The notes below the pieces were generated by a model. That model was not told the DNA's origin and searched no databases. It saw only the letters and a list, made by a program, of their open reading frames with translations. A DNA stretch of 62,589 bases, the filler included, from Sphacelaria rigidula (Eukaryota): the NCBI GenBank assembly GCA_964200075.2. It is 5 parts of 5 records of this genome, joined end to end, with 100 filler letters (N's around TTAATTAATTAA, not from the genome) between each part and the next. Parts side by side here need not be neighbours in the genome. Positions count along the whole stretch, not along the records: positions 50,154 to 62,589 come from CAXNAA020003774.1; 4 more parts are not named here. One strand, given 5' to 3'. Positions 50,857 through 62,589 of the stretch are shown here, piece by piece (position 1 is the first letter of the stretch; every line of letters begins with the position of its first letter). Made by a program: the position numbers and the translations under genes.

Positions 50857-51609
50857 TATAACAGAGGATCCTCGAAAACTGTGTTGAATTTTCGAATGGG
50901 GCTGAATGCACCTTCCGAATATTCACATTTGCCCCGGAACTGTTCCGCGAGAGCAACCAGCTGAGGATTTCTTTGGCTGTTGAAAATTCCCCTAGCTTGC
51001 CTTGTTGCGAATTGTTGCTCCGGTATCTACAGCGATATTATATGAATCTCCTTTCGTACATTCGAAACAGCTCTCACCAGGTGAGGGAAGCCGCTTTCGT
51101 CGGATTTTCTCATCTTTGAAGAACATGATACCGAAGTTTTTTCGAGCCCAAGGAATACTCGCAAAGGGCAGGGAGTTTCCCACACTATGACATTCCCCAT
51201 GATAATGCCTGTAAAACATTTCCAGTAACGGAATCTTTTTCCCAGAACACCAACGACGGCGCACTACTTCGGATGTAACTATTCCCTCATTCATCATTTC
51301 GAGAGACGTTCGGAAAAAACCCCGAACAACTTTTGGATGGCAACCGAGGGAAGCCAACGATGAAAGCTCCCCCTTTTACCTGGTGGGAGCCGTTTCGAAT
51401 GTACGAAAGGAGTTACACATCATGGCTTCAGACACCGGAGCAAAACGATGCGCGACAAGGCAAGCTGGGGGAAGTTTCGACATAAAAGCAAAAAGCCTTA
51501 GCTGGTTGTTTTTGCAAACGTGTTGCGAGGAAAATGTGAATTTTCGGCAGGTGGGTGGGTTCAGCCCCATTCGAAAATATAACCTCATTTGCCAGGATCC
51601 TCTCTTATA
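50857..51609. mobile_element. Non-autonomous DNA transposon with ~230-bp imperfect TIRs
   Basis: The ends are TATAACAGAGGATCC and GGATCCTCTCTTATA. 50864-50965 pairs with 51496-51602, and 51047-51084 pairs with 51376-51413. A TA target duplication is possible. Confidence 0.75.
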
Positions 51610-52145
51610 CCGAACACTCGATGTGAAAACGGAAAACCAGAGATGATGGCCTCTGCAACATGACCTCAGGTGAGAAACGCCTTGCGCAAATGGAGATGCG
51701 TTCGTACCCAATCGAGAACAAGAAGTCGTGGGAATAGATTGCGGCTCAGCTATGTCAGGCCACACTATTTATCTCGTGTATGAGCTCTCACCCATGAACC
51801 TTACGGAAGCGACGCACTAAACTGCGACTTGCATACACGGGGCGGAGAGAAACACACAGAGTGAGAGAGATGGGGAGAGCAAGAAAGAATAAAGAAAGAA
51901 ACTGCAGAAGTGATGAATCCCGAGGGCATACTATAATACTGTGGAGCAAGACCGAACACACAACCAGGGAACACCGCAAGACCAACAATGAAAGACAAAG
52001 GTCGCTTGGTTCGATTCCTGCCAGGTACGCTTGAGCTTCATCTTCAAAACATCTGATTTAGCTCCTTCGTTGAAAGCATGAGGGCGTGAGTAGAGTAAGT
52101 ATTGTAATTGCCCAATTGATATATTAATTGGGGGGCAAGAGGATG

Positions 52146-52255
52146 CACGGGTGGCCACTGGGGTGCCTGCAACCTCAAATTTGGACGTTACAGACGTTGC
52201 ACAAGGTCTGCAACGTCCAAATTTGAGGTTACAGGCACCCCAGTGGCCACCCGTG
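52146..52255. repeat. 110-bp palindrome (54-bp arms, 2-nt loop), MITE-like
   Basis: CACGGGTGGCCACTGGGGTGCCTG...CAGGCACCCCAGTGGCCACCCGTG with 3 mismatches, flanked by TG on both sides. Confidence 0.85.
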
Positions 52256-52753
52256 TGAGTTTTACAACAATCTCTGCTGTCTCTCAATTCTTTCCCGCTG
52301 ATACGGTGCGGTATGTGGGACTTGAACAGAAGAAGCTGCTCGCAAATATGTGTTTTTTCACCCAATTTCAGGTATCGGCGGGCAAAATGAGGATTCATTT
52401 CGAACAGCTTCTGGTGTACAAATTCCATCTGCGAGTGTATATGGGATTTGTACAGTCTGCTGTTCGAAATAAATGTATTTTGATCGATGCCAAATTTGGA
52501 ATTAGGGTATATTTCGAACAGATAAGGCTGTATAGATTCCAGATTTCCATAGCATTGCACTAAAAACAATCCAGGAGATTTTCATATTGACACCAAACCT
52601 TCGAGGCCCCAACATTGAAAACCCTGTACAGGATTACGAATACCCAAGATCCTCTTGAGGGGATTTCAAAACGGACGGAACCGAGTATGACGTTTGGAAA
52701 TTCCTCTACAAGGTGGCAGAATGGTCGCGTGAGTGTGTTCGACTGAGGATGTT

Positions 52754-52900
52754 TGACGAGAGTCGACGCTGTGCGAGAATGCTGATCCAATCCGCGAGAC
52801 CAAAATACAAAGCGTTTGCCGCGGGAGAGAAGGGTGAATTCCCTAAGACCATGGAGTCGTCCCGAGGAAGGGAAGGTGTTGGAAGTATGATAAGAGGAAT
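52754..52900 (+). repeat. Dispersed repeat family (other copies 1500-1672-, 15935-16115+, 22110-22290+)
   Basis: The core TTTGACGAGAGTCGAC...GCTGATCCAATCCGCGAGACC...CCCGAGGAAGGG is recognisable in all four copies. Confidence 0.7.
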
Positions 52901-55081
52901 GACTAGACAGGTACACACCTGTGGAAAGACGGAATGATCCCTTGATACTACACACTTCTTGTGCGTCCCAACGAGTTGAAGGGGTTGAAAAACATAATCG
53001 AAAAAATACATGTGACCGCAAAATAACCGTGGTGGCTGAGTGACGATGTTTGTGTTCTCCCAGTGAGGAACTGGGGGAGCTACGGCTCACTATACAGGCA
53101 AGGAAACCGCGTCGGACCACAGTCACCCAGAATGTCTGCTGCTTCAATCATCACGAGGAAACGTTCGCAAGCCGTCGGATGTTGCCATGTGAAGGCGGGT
53201 CATTGAATCCAAGCATCTTCCTCATTTCGTAGGCGCACGCTCCTACAAGTTACCTTCCCGCGCAGTTCCGTCCGTCGTACTTTGCGAGGTATTCGGTCAA
53301 ACCTTTTTCGCATGTCACGAGCCATGTAACACGCAGTTTCGTGTAAACACTTCTTCTCTGTCCACATAATTTTCGAAAACGTGTATCCATATCTAACTTA
53401 CTGGACAGTCTGGGATACGTTTTCTAGTTTTTTCAACACGAGGAACACTCATCACGCCCAAGAAACAAAACCGGCTTTCGGAACGGCAAGTCAGCTAGGT
53501 ATGAATACTCACAAAAGTCAAGCTGACCACAAAATAGGGGTTCTATAACAGGTCAAACATGTAGTACAGCATACACACACACGCACAGACAACGATCCAG
53601 TAGTCCTGCTGAAACCCCCCACAAGGCCCAAATGTCTTTGATGATCGGATTCCCGCCCCCCTGCGCCCTCCACGCCCACAAAAAATATACACATTATCAA
53701 ATAGAGGTCGTCCAGTTTACCGTCAGAGACAACAGAACCGACCGGCTTTCTAAAACCCTGTTCTGGACCCAGGCTCAACCACTTACTTATCCGTTTTCAT
53801 ACCACAGTATATAGTGTGCTCAGTCCTTCGCACCGAATTGGTGACTGTACTGTTTGTTGATTCTTTTACACTTGCTTTCAAGTTATCGTCGCATTTTCGT
53901 CCGCAGACGTACTCGACGCGTACGCGCCCCCCCCCCCCCGTCCGCTGTCCACAAATATCATGTGCTGAGCTTGTACGCCGAGCCACACGGTTCTCCGAGC
54001 GACGGCACTTTCCGGAACCTGTTTTTTCTACGTACTGTGATAGCTGCAGCAAGGCAGTGAAAGCCGACACGAGGAAACATGCGAGCTCAGAGCTGAATTA
54101 CACAGGACTTACACAACAAGCATGACAACACCCCGTGGCGCCACCGCGCGCACCGCAGATCGCTTCGGATCTTCAGATTTATCGTCTACACATGCAACAC
54201 GTGAATAACTCATGTCCTCTATGCAGAGACAGATACCTGGAAGTCGCACGCACGACTTTGCCAAAAAAAATGCTTTCACAACTTCGCCGAAGCAAACGCA
54301 CAAGAATTCTCAAGTATAAACTGCAAACAGCACTATGAAAACGATCGAATGTGAACGCGAGGATATCATCAACGTAAACGGGGGTGCTATTGACAAAAAT
54401 TTACCTTTTGTCCCAGCAAGGCGAACATGAACGACGGCACTCGGAAAGGGAAGGGGGACACGAAAAAAGTCACTCAAGCATGCTATCCTTCTTGCACATA
54501 CACCACACACCAATCACTACATTGTACATCCTTTTTCCATATTTCGGTCTGTTTCCAAGGACTTCTGTACAAAATACAGGAGGAAACACCATATCTCACG
54601 GAGTGTCGCTCGGTTAACGCCTGACGCTCAAGAATGACCAACATGGCCACACACATAGCTCACAATTTCGGCTGGAGCTTCCCTCTCCATGATCGCTACT
54701 CCAACGAGAATTGGGGTCTTATGACCCCCGAGCAAGTATAAAAAGCGTCATGTCCAAAGTGCAGAGCAAATCATGTGTCGCGGTAAAGATACGTGCAGCT
54801 ACCAACCTGACACGTGTGCCGTATTTACAAAACGAACGGATCTCCGAGGGAAGCGGGAGTATGTACAAATTGACAACTGAGTGAATTCGAGGCGTTTACA
54901 GCAAATGACTACTACATTTTCTTCAACAAAAATGGTCTCTTTAGTCGAAGAGGCAGTGGATGCATATATATATATATATATACACACTGTACCCCAAAGC
55001 TAGCAACTCAGGGAATATACATCAGTGTCTGCTGTATTGACCGAGAACAATCGAATCCGAGACGAGCCCACCCAGAAAAAA

Positions 55082-57953
55082 TCAAAATCGAGAAATTTGC
55101 TCGTGTGGCATGTGCCGCTTGTGCGCCTGGCTGTTGCTGCCATTAGGCTTGGCTACCTTCGAGACCCTGCTCGTTTCTCCATCAGCATCGATAGCGGCAT
55201 TACCGTACGACGCGCCACCACACCCGGCGGCACGTTGGTGACACGCTACTTCCTCCTTTCTCTCCACTGTGAGATGATCGTCAGCCCGAACCATGGCCCA
55301 AATACCCCACGACCCCTTGAGCACAATTCGCACTGGCCTCCCAAGCTGTAAGTACCGGCGGTAAATGGAGAACGACGTGCACTGAAAAATCGAGTACCTG
55401 AACAAGCCAATCGAACCAAGGGATACTGGTGTGTCGGTAGGGCCGAGGGGGCGTTGGGCGGGGGATAAGAAAGGGGCATCGCATTCGCAGGGAAGTCAAA
55501 CTGGAATGTGCTCATTTTGGGTGCTGACAACGAAACTGGACTTGTATGTCAACGTCACGATATCATGCTATGATGTAAATTACACGTGGGATGCGGATAT
55601 CCCACTTGGACGTCCACCTGAGATATCACGTCCCAGTCGATATCCATTTGATCCTGATTCATTAAATCAAAATAATTTTCATGTTTGGTGGCGCCGTATG
55701 ATTATCATTATGATCATCATCAAATATAAATATAATATAGATATCAATACATCAACACATTATTGCCGTTATCACTACTACTGCTACTACTACTACTACT
55801 ACTACTACTACTATTACTACTATTACCATTTCCGCACATTGGCCCGATCTCTCGAACCCGCGGTCACAGACGTAGGCTCGTCCTCCCAATACCGTCATTC
55901 TTGCATCCCCTGCATGCTTGCATGTTGCGGGACAACTAGTCCTGTGTACCACACGAAATGTCACGGCGATATTAACATTTCACTTTGGACACTCACGCCA
56001 CGAAAATGTGCCACCACGCATGACCCTCCGGGTTGGGTATCGGTCCGCTCTGGAGCTGACTACAGAAGTGAAAATCAACCTGAGCGTCCCGAGTGCAGCA
56101 TGTGGACAGAAATACGCAGCAGAAACGATCGGCAGAAGTTAAATTATGACAAGCGACGATGATGTCACTACACGAGCCGATTAATTCGAGCATGAAGTCG
56201 AAAATGGCGGCCATAATACAGGGTAGGGCTGAAATGACGACTGCTGTGTCGTACTTCAACTACGTCGAGGAGTGAGGCATTGGGTACACACGCGGCCATT
56301 CGGCTAACCGCCAAAAGTACTATGTTCCAGTTAACTTTTCGAGCCTCAAGAGGAATTACTCCAATAATACTCTGTTCCAGTCAATCTTTCAAGCCTCCAG
56401 AGGATTTGAACGCCTCCAGAGGGTGCGCAGCCCTCCAGAGGGGTGGGATCAAACGCCCCCAGATGCTTGTTTTGCCTGTGGAGGGTTGCGCATCCGTCCA
56501 GAGGAATTTGGAGGATGCGCGAGATTCCAGAACACCATGTTTTTGGTACTCTCTACGGATTCAGATCTCAGAAGTCACTGGAGCATCAGATGCCCTCCAA
56601 CGGACTCGTTCATGACCACACCTAGGGATGAAATACCCTCTAAAGTGGTAATTTTCAAGGACCCGATTTTGGTTGTCCCTCCATGACTTTTGACTGAGAT
56701 CGAATTTAAAAAAAAAAAAGCGTCGGAACGCCTGCAGCAAGGCGCAAAAGAGTAGCGAGTCGCTAAAAAGTAGCCAAAAAAACACGGGAAAAAGTAGGGC
56801 TGTGAACTGGCTGCTCTGGCCAGTCAAGTTTAAACTGGCCGCGCCAGCGGCCAGTACATCGGTTGTTTTCCAGTTAATCGGCGGCTCGCGGCGAAGCCGC
56901 GAGCCGCCAACGCCCCCCCCCCGGCTGGTGAGCGGGGCCCACGGGAGAAAAAAAAAAGATGCTCACGGCGGGTCTCGAACCCACGAAATTGGCCCTAGAG
57001 CAACTTTCCCCCCATATATTTTCGAACTCCGGATATATATTTTTGCTTCTTGATTAATTTCGACCTGCAGCCAGGCATAACCGGGTTCAGGACCAGATTA
57101 TTTATGACCAGCTTTTTGCGAGGATTCCAATATATATATATATATATATTCACAGAGGTGGTGGAGGCCAAATCGAGATTTACTAGTTTCCCCGCATTTT
57201 TGGCGAAACGGTATATTCGACATAACTCGTCACCAACATGTCTGTGAAACCTAAAAGTAGGTTCATTCGGAAGCCCTGATCCGTAGCTTTCGAATTGTAT
57301 GGATTTTTGTTGGGTAAATACCCTGACTCCATAGAGAAATTAATCAAGTGGCCTGTGGGCGGGACCTTGAAAGTTACCACTTTAGGGGATATTGTACCCT
57401 CGAGGGGATGAAAATTGCGATAGAGGATTTTCATGGGGGTAGCCGAATGGCCGCGTGTGTAGCTTTCTCCAGAGAATGATGCTGAGAGTGTGAAACGCCA
57501 ACAAGGGTACATTTTTTGGTGACGCAACAAGTGCTATTATCCTGCGCCAGAATCAAATTCCTTGTGCATGCTTGCCGGTTCAAGACGGACTATTGTGATG
57601 CGGCAAAAGCCGTCTGAACGCGCTTGATGTTCCCCGCTGCTTTCGCGTCTTCTACCTTCGGGAGACTGTCGTTAGTCGTGTCCAATGGAGACGGTGAAGC
57701 TAGAATATGATCGAAACACAAAATACGGCATAGTAGTGATGCGTACGATTTTACGACCAAAGCGAAAATGAAGACGAAGGACAGGTTCGCAGTAGAAAGA
57801 AATTTAAACTACAAAGGTGACAACGTTCAACATAGATCCCTGTAGCAATTCACACGGTTCGGTGGAATGAAAACGCCACGATGATTCTCCTGGTATTCCT
57901 CGGATCAATAAAAAATGACACTACTGAGAATTCCTGGTTGTCTTTTGGATGGT

Positions 57954-58041
<88 letters not shown>

Positions 58042-58960
58042 CAGCAACAACAACAACAACAGCAACAACAATATTAATAATAATATTAAAAATATTAGTA
58101 GTAATAATAATAAATAATGATGATTACAATAATGATCGTAATAAGGGGGGGGGGGCAAGAGGGAGCAAAGAGAAGAGCGTCACCGGGTGATTTGACCAAT
58201 TATTGTCGAGCACAGCAAACGATAAGCGTCTGCTGCACCATAAGAACGACAAAAAAAACATGAAATATCCAACGAAAGGTGTTTGATTCGTTGTTCCGAG
58301 TGTTGCTTGATCGGTTGATTGTTGAATTTCATTTCCAGGAACTTGGCTTGTTTCGTGGTAAAAATTGTTCATGTCATACTCTTACCATCCAGCACGCGGT
58401 CCCCAGCAGCGCGGCGACTAGTGCTCTTTTGAGGAAGAATGTGGCGGGCTCCATGGCCTTCTGGCGACTGAGATAAACGCATCTGCTCAGATTAACCGCA
58501 ACCCAGGCGATGAAGTGGGCTTGAAATTCGGTGGTCCATCTGAAGTGGTTATGGAGAATGGCGAAAACCTGCGGTACATGGGCGTGAGATGAAACGTTCA
58601 CGAGTTATACCAAAAACGCGTGCACACAACCTACCCGCTGGTACGGAAACACTGCTTTGGGCGCAGACTCCACCCTTGTTTCTCAGCTTCACCCCCAAAA
58701 TGACCGCCTCATCAACAAGAACTACCGTACTTGGAATATGCAAAGAAAGGACCACGTACCACACCGTAGGTGGCCAAGAGCACTGGCATGACCGCATTCG
58801 CGACGTCGTTGCTCTCCCACGTGTCGGCGAACAGCTCGTGGAACCAGTTGAGCTGGCTGAGAACCATGGGCGTTTCGTCGCATTGTTGCTCCACGTGCCT
58901 GAGGGTGCAATGAAAGCAAGCACTGCCGATGCCGATTGATGCCACCACTAGATGTGAAAC
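55082..58960 (-). CDS. Alkaline (phyto)ceramidase, ACER/YPC1-like, CREST superfamily; 5'-incomplete spliced gene, exons 58960-58760, 58568-58386, 56079-55997, 55397-55082(stop)
   Basis: The spliced product reads VSHLVVASIGIGSACFHCTLRHVEQQCDETPMV...LLATYGV/VFAILHNHFRWTTEFQAHF...GTACWM/VDFHFCSQLQSGPIPNPEGHAWWHIFVA/YSIFQCTSFSIYRRYLQLGRPVRIVLKGSWGIWAMV...*. It contains the ceramidase motifs GIGSxxFHxTL, DExPM and HAWWH. All junctions are GT-AG with matching phases (0,0,2). The N-terminal DWCEENY/AEFxNT exon was not found in the window. Confidence 0.9.
55773..55826. repeat. (TAC)n microsatellite
   Basis: Directly visible imperfect TAC run in a ceramidase intron. Confidence 0.9.
56287..57459. mobile_element. 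TA-flanked non-autonomous TIR element in a ceramidase intron
   Basis: TA|CACACGCGGCCATTCGGCTA ... TAGCCGAATGGCCGCGTGTG|TA gives perfect 20-bp TIRs with a TA target duplication. Confidence 0.8.
57957..58120. repeat. (AAT)n / (AAC)n compound microsatellite
   Basis: About 24 perfect AAT units followed by degenerate AAC/AAT units. Confidence 0.95.
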
Positions 58961-60414
58961 CTGGTCGGGCACACACACAAAAAATGGGAACAAATCATCA
59001 CTCAATTTTTCTTCCCGTAAGCACATTTCGCGAGTTACGCCCGGTAATTGGTCACACTGCGATACCGCCGACCCCGTCCCCCTCCCCGAAATATCCAACA
59101 CATGAAACGAAGCAAGCGGTTGTCGGCAATGTTTCTGAATTTTCTAGGAAATTTTCTTGGATCGGCCGGAGAGTTAGATATTTCTCCGTAGGGGAGCACA
59201 AGCTCGGGGAACAGACGCAACGAGGGCCAAGGTCGGCCGTCCCCGACCATCGGTAAGAAACGCCATCCACCAGTTCTCTACAAATTGCAAAGTTTGGGAT
59301 GCCGTCTACCCCACCTCTCGCACCCGCCGGCTACATATATATCCCTCTCGCCAGCACAAAAAACGAATACTTGCGTCCTTTGGAGAACCGTTGGACGAAA
59401 CCGCCACCTTCTTTTGTGGTCGAAGATCTCGACATGGCGACGGATATTTTCCTAAAACATTGAGTGAGACTTTAAAACCTCCGAGTACGCCCTCATGTTT
59501 TCGTTTTTTTGCACTCCCGAGAGACACTCGTTCACTCTCACTTAGTTCGGCTCTCGCGCCCAACTGCCCAACGGCCACGTACTAGGTCCTGTCTGACTGC
59601 AGCGTTGGCCACGCGTGCGTGCTCCCCCGTGTATGTCTGATTTGTAACCTTCTGAATATAACAGCCATATTTCAAGTGACTATGATGCTGATTGAGCAGA
59701 TGGACGCACCTTGGCGGTCAAATGTTCAGGGTGAAGTGTCGAGAGCACGTTCTTGACTTTCCTGGGGTTCCATGATTCTGGTCCCCTAGTCATCATCCAC
59801 GAGGATCATTTCTCACGACGGACACCTCCCTAGGATGTCTGGTCCTCAACGAGTCATCCCGTCGCACCAGGACCATCGATCTGTACGTGGTCCACACTAC
59901 ATCTACGAATCCTGACTCTACACCTAGGGCACCTACTGTACACAGCGGTTGCGGCAGCTAGTCTTGGCAGGGAGCAGCAGGCAGGGTTTGCTCAACACGA
60001 GTACTCCCATTATTCTGGTCTGATTTTACAGTTTGCTTTGCTGTTCCATCTGGTGAAACAGGGAATCACACAACACTGGGGGGAAAATGTGTTCTCGTTA
60101 AGGCTCGTAACACTGATCATCCTAGGTAAACACACGTGCTACTGTTATGCCCGTGAATGAAGGCGTTACCGACCGAAACTCCGTTACCAACAAAGAATAA
60201 AATGAACGCGGAGGGATATTGAAGACGTATTAAAGATGTCATAGACTGGTCGGACCTGTGCCGAACCTCTGCCGTACATAACACACGCTCCATCCCAAGT
60301 CACCTAGATTTAGTATATGCGACAGCTGCAATGTTTTCATCGCATAATGCTCGAGACAGGAAGCAAACCGGCCTTTGGCACTTCACAGCCCCTCGCACAC
60401 ACACTAGACCTATA

Positions 60415-60578
60415 TTCAGTGTGGCGGGGGAGTTGCTCAATTCGCCACAGCGGATCCGAAAAGCCCCAGAATGTTGGGGGGAAACGCGTTTTTGAGCAAT
60501 TTTCGTGTTTGGTGCAGTGGTTTGCAAAGTGCTGCGGCCTCCGCGGCACGCGTTACGGAAACCTGCCGCCACACTGAA
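60415..60578. mobile_element. Small TA-flanked MITE
   Basis: TA|TTCAGTGTGGCGG ... CCGCCACACTGAA|TA gives 13-bp perfect TIRs. Confidence 0.65.
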
Positions 60579-62589
60579 TAGTTATGGTGTGTGGGAAGCG
60601 TATGCATCAAACCGCAGTCCAATCCCCTACTTCGTTGCCGAGAAATTTGCGTTCGAAAGTAAGTACAACAACACACTGCAACGGGAGCGGCACAACAACA
60701 ACACGAGCAGCAGCTTCTATCCCCCTGTTGTTGTAACCCTGTGTGCAGGTATACAGCAACGTCAGTCACAGGTTTGTTGTAGAATGCACTAAAGCAATAT
60801 TAGTACATTTTGTATGAGCGCCATCGTCATTTATTTCGAGTGACGCGTTTACTTGTGATAGATACTGATTGGCTCATTTAGGTTTCATTTCTTCTGCATT
60901 CAACTGACCGTGTAGTTGGTCGGTCCATTTTCCCGGTATATAGTTCCCAAAATCGGTCCCCATTCACGGGCATCATCGTATGGCAAGTGTTTTGCAAATA
61001 CTGCAAAACGTCCACGTCCTTCACATTTCTCTGGCGCATCGAATGCTTAACAATGGACGGCACGTGCCTCACGAGCGCGTTGCCCACCATCGGCTAACTG
61101 AACGGTCTTGAGCACATGTTACATTGGTATCAAGATAAGTACTACTTGGGTCATGCTCCAACATTGAATGAAAGTATTTCGAAAAAAGCCTACACTCTGC
61201 TTTTCGATGAGCACAAAAAAGTGCATTATGCAGTGCTGCCTCATCCACTGACCTGAAACCTTGTCTCTAGTCCATCCAGCATGGTTATGGAAAAACCGTA
61301 CATTCCAGCGGCGAAGATTGCCAGTGAGCTGAGCTGCGATGGCGACAAGCGGCATCGCGATTGGAGGTAAGTACGTTTCGTAGCAAAGATCATCCAGTAT
61401 ATACGGCAAGGTAATTCCAATGTGCAAGGTACACTATTTGGCTTTTCACTGCTAACAATATTTACGTGCACCATAATGGTAGGCGCATCATGTTGGAAGC
61501 ACAGTCTTTTGCATCACCATGCAACATTTATCTTCAAGATGATGAGGACATCCATGTGGATGTGTCCGTCATTTTCACGTGGAAACGTGCATCCGGGATC
61601 TCACATTAATCTAGGATGTCTACCTGGGATGTGAGATCCACGTACGACATTCATCTGTGGTTTTCTGCCCTAAGGTTAGGGATCAAGCTAGGTTTAGGGT
61701 TAGGTTCAAGGAGAAAGTCAAGACGAGGTGTCCCAAGGGGAGATCCACATCCCAGGCGAGCGTCCATCTTGGATATCCCAGGCTAAGCTGAACACCCAGG
61801 AGGATATGATAAACCAACCGGAGATCTCAGGTGGACATCCCAGATGAGTATCCATATACTTCTGACGCTGACTACTGTAGCTGGTCCATAAATTACCAGA
61901 CGACGCACCGTGGCGCCGAGTCACATCACCATTGGACCCCTGGGAAACGATGACCACACTATTGTAGCGCCTCTGTCGATCTTGTTGGGGAGGCCATACT
62001 GTCTCGGAGCCGTTCGGCGGTTGTGTGGTCAGAGACGTCAGGTATTGGGGGGACAGGCTTTGAGTGCGGGGGGGTTCAGGTGGGGTCGCCGAGGATCGCA
62101 CAAGCAAATCGACTTCGACAACATTGTTGGCTGTAGCCAAGGCTCTGGCGCGGTCGGCGATGTGGCTCGTAATCGTCCGGCGGTTGCATGGCCAAACATG
62201 TCGGCTACAGCAAGTCTCCAAGGGCCATGATCTGGGGCGTCAGTCGGTTTGGGTACTTTCGCTGGTTTGTGCAATCGCAGGGGCGAAGGTACCGGATCGG
62301 GGGGCGGCGCGCGGAACGGCACGCAGCTGCCGCTCGTAGGTTTGTGAAATGGTTGTGGCTTACAACCACCCATCATCACACACGGCACAGATTAGCCGCA
62401 AACTCCCGCCAGCGCCCGCGCGCGGTGTTGGCCACGGGCTCCCGTCATACCTAGAACGAAGGTTTGGTCGGGTTGCAAGGTGGGCCCTTTAGAAACGGTA
62501 TATGAGAAGCGCAGGGAGGGGGGGGGGGGCGTACTCATTTGTTGCTTGCCTTAGTCGTTTGACCATTGACCACGCATCCCTTTCGAGAC

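Noticed and set aside
51931..53147. 212-aa and 195-aa minus-strand ORFs
   Set aside because: They run through a palindrome and two dispersed repeat families, so they are likely chance frames.
55431..58190. ORFs with poly-Tyr, poly-Asn, poly-Ile or poly-Leu
   Set aside because: These are microsatellite read-through within ceramidase introns.
50154..62589. Giant 12.4-kb TIR transposon carrying a ceramidase (inverted repeats at both contig ends)
   Set aside because: The ends are partial copies of a high-copy repeat that also terminates both ends of contig 2. These are assembly breaks, not TIRs.

Overview
Eukaryotic, intron-rich and repeat-rich genomic DNA. It is most consistent with a brown alga or related stramenopile; this is inferred from long GT-AG introns, small exons and repeat style, and is not proven. 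The window is not one locus. It is five contigs of 12441, 12439, 12437, 12436 and 12436 bp joined by identical 100-nt artificial linkers (44 N + TTAATTAATTAA + 44 N), apparently sorted by size, so adjacency across linkers means nothing. Three partial host genes can be spliced by hand on the minus strand: a flavin-reductase-like FMN-binding protein (contig 1, 5 exons), a Zn-dependent class II-like histone deacetylase (contig 2, 6 exons) and an alkaline ceramidase of the CREST family (contig 5, 4 exons). Contig 3 holds a decayed Ty3/Gypsy element whose still-open integrase ends in a chromodomain followed by a second, Tudor/PWWP-like module. Contig 4 holds a Ty1/Copia LTR+PBS+gag fragment and an RTE-type LINE 3' end nested in an unidentified decayed ORF. 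The rest is MITE/foldback elements, tRNA-derived SINE-like elements (one with a tRNA-Ser 3' half plus encoded CCA), palindromes, tandem repeats and microsatellites. No CRISPR array, rRNA or intact tRNA gene was seen. No clearly new system can be claimed. The best leads are the dual-reader integrase tail, the tRNA-Ser-CCA-headed element, the palindromic tRNA head and the unidentified multicopy ORF remnant.
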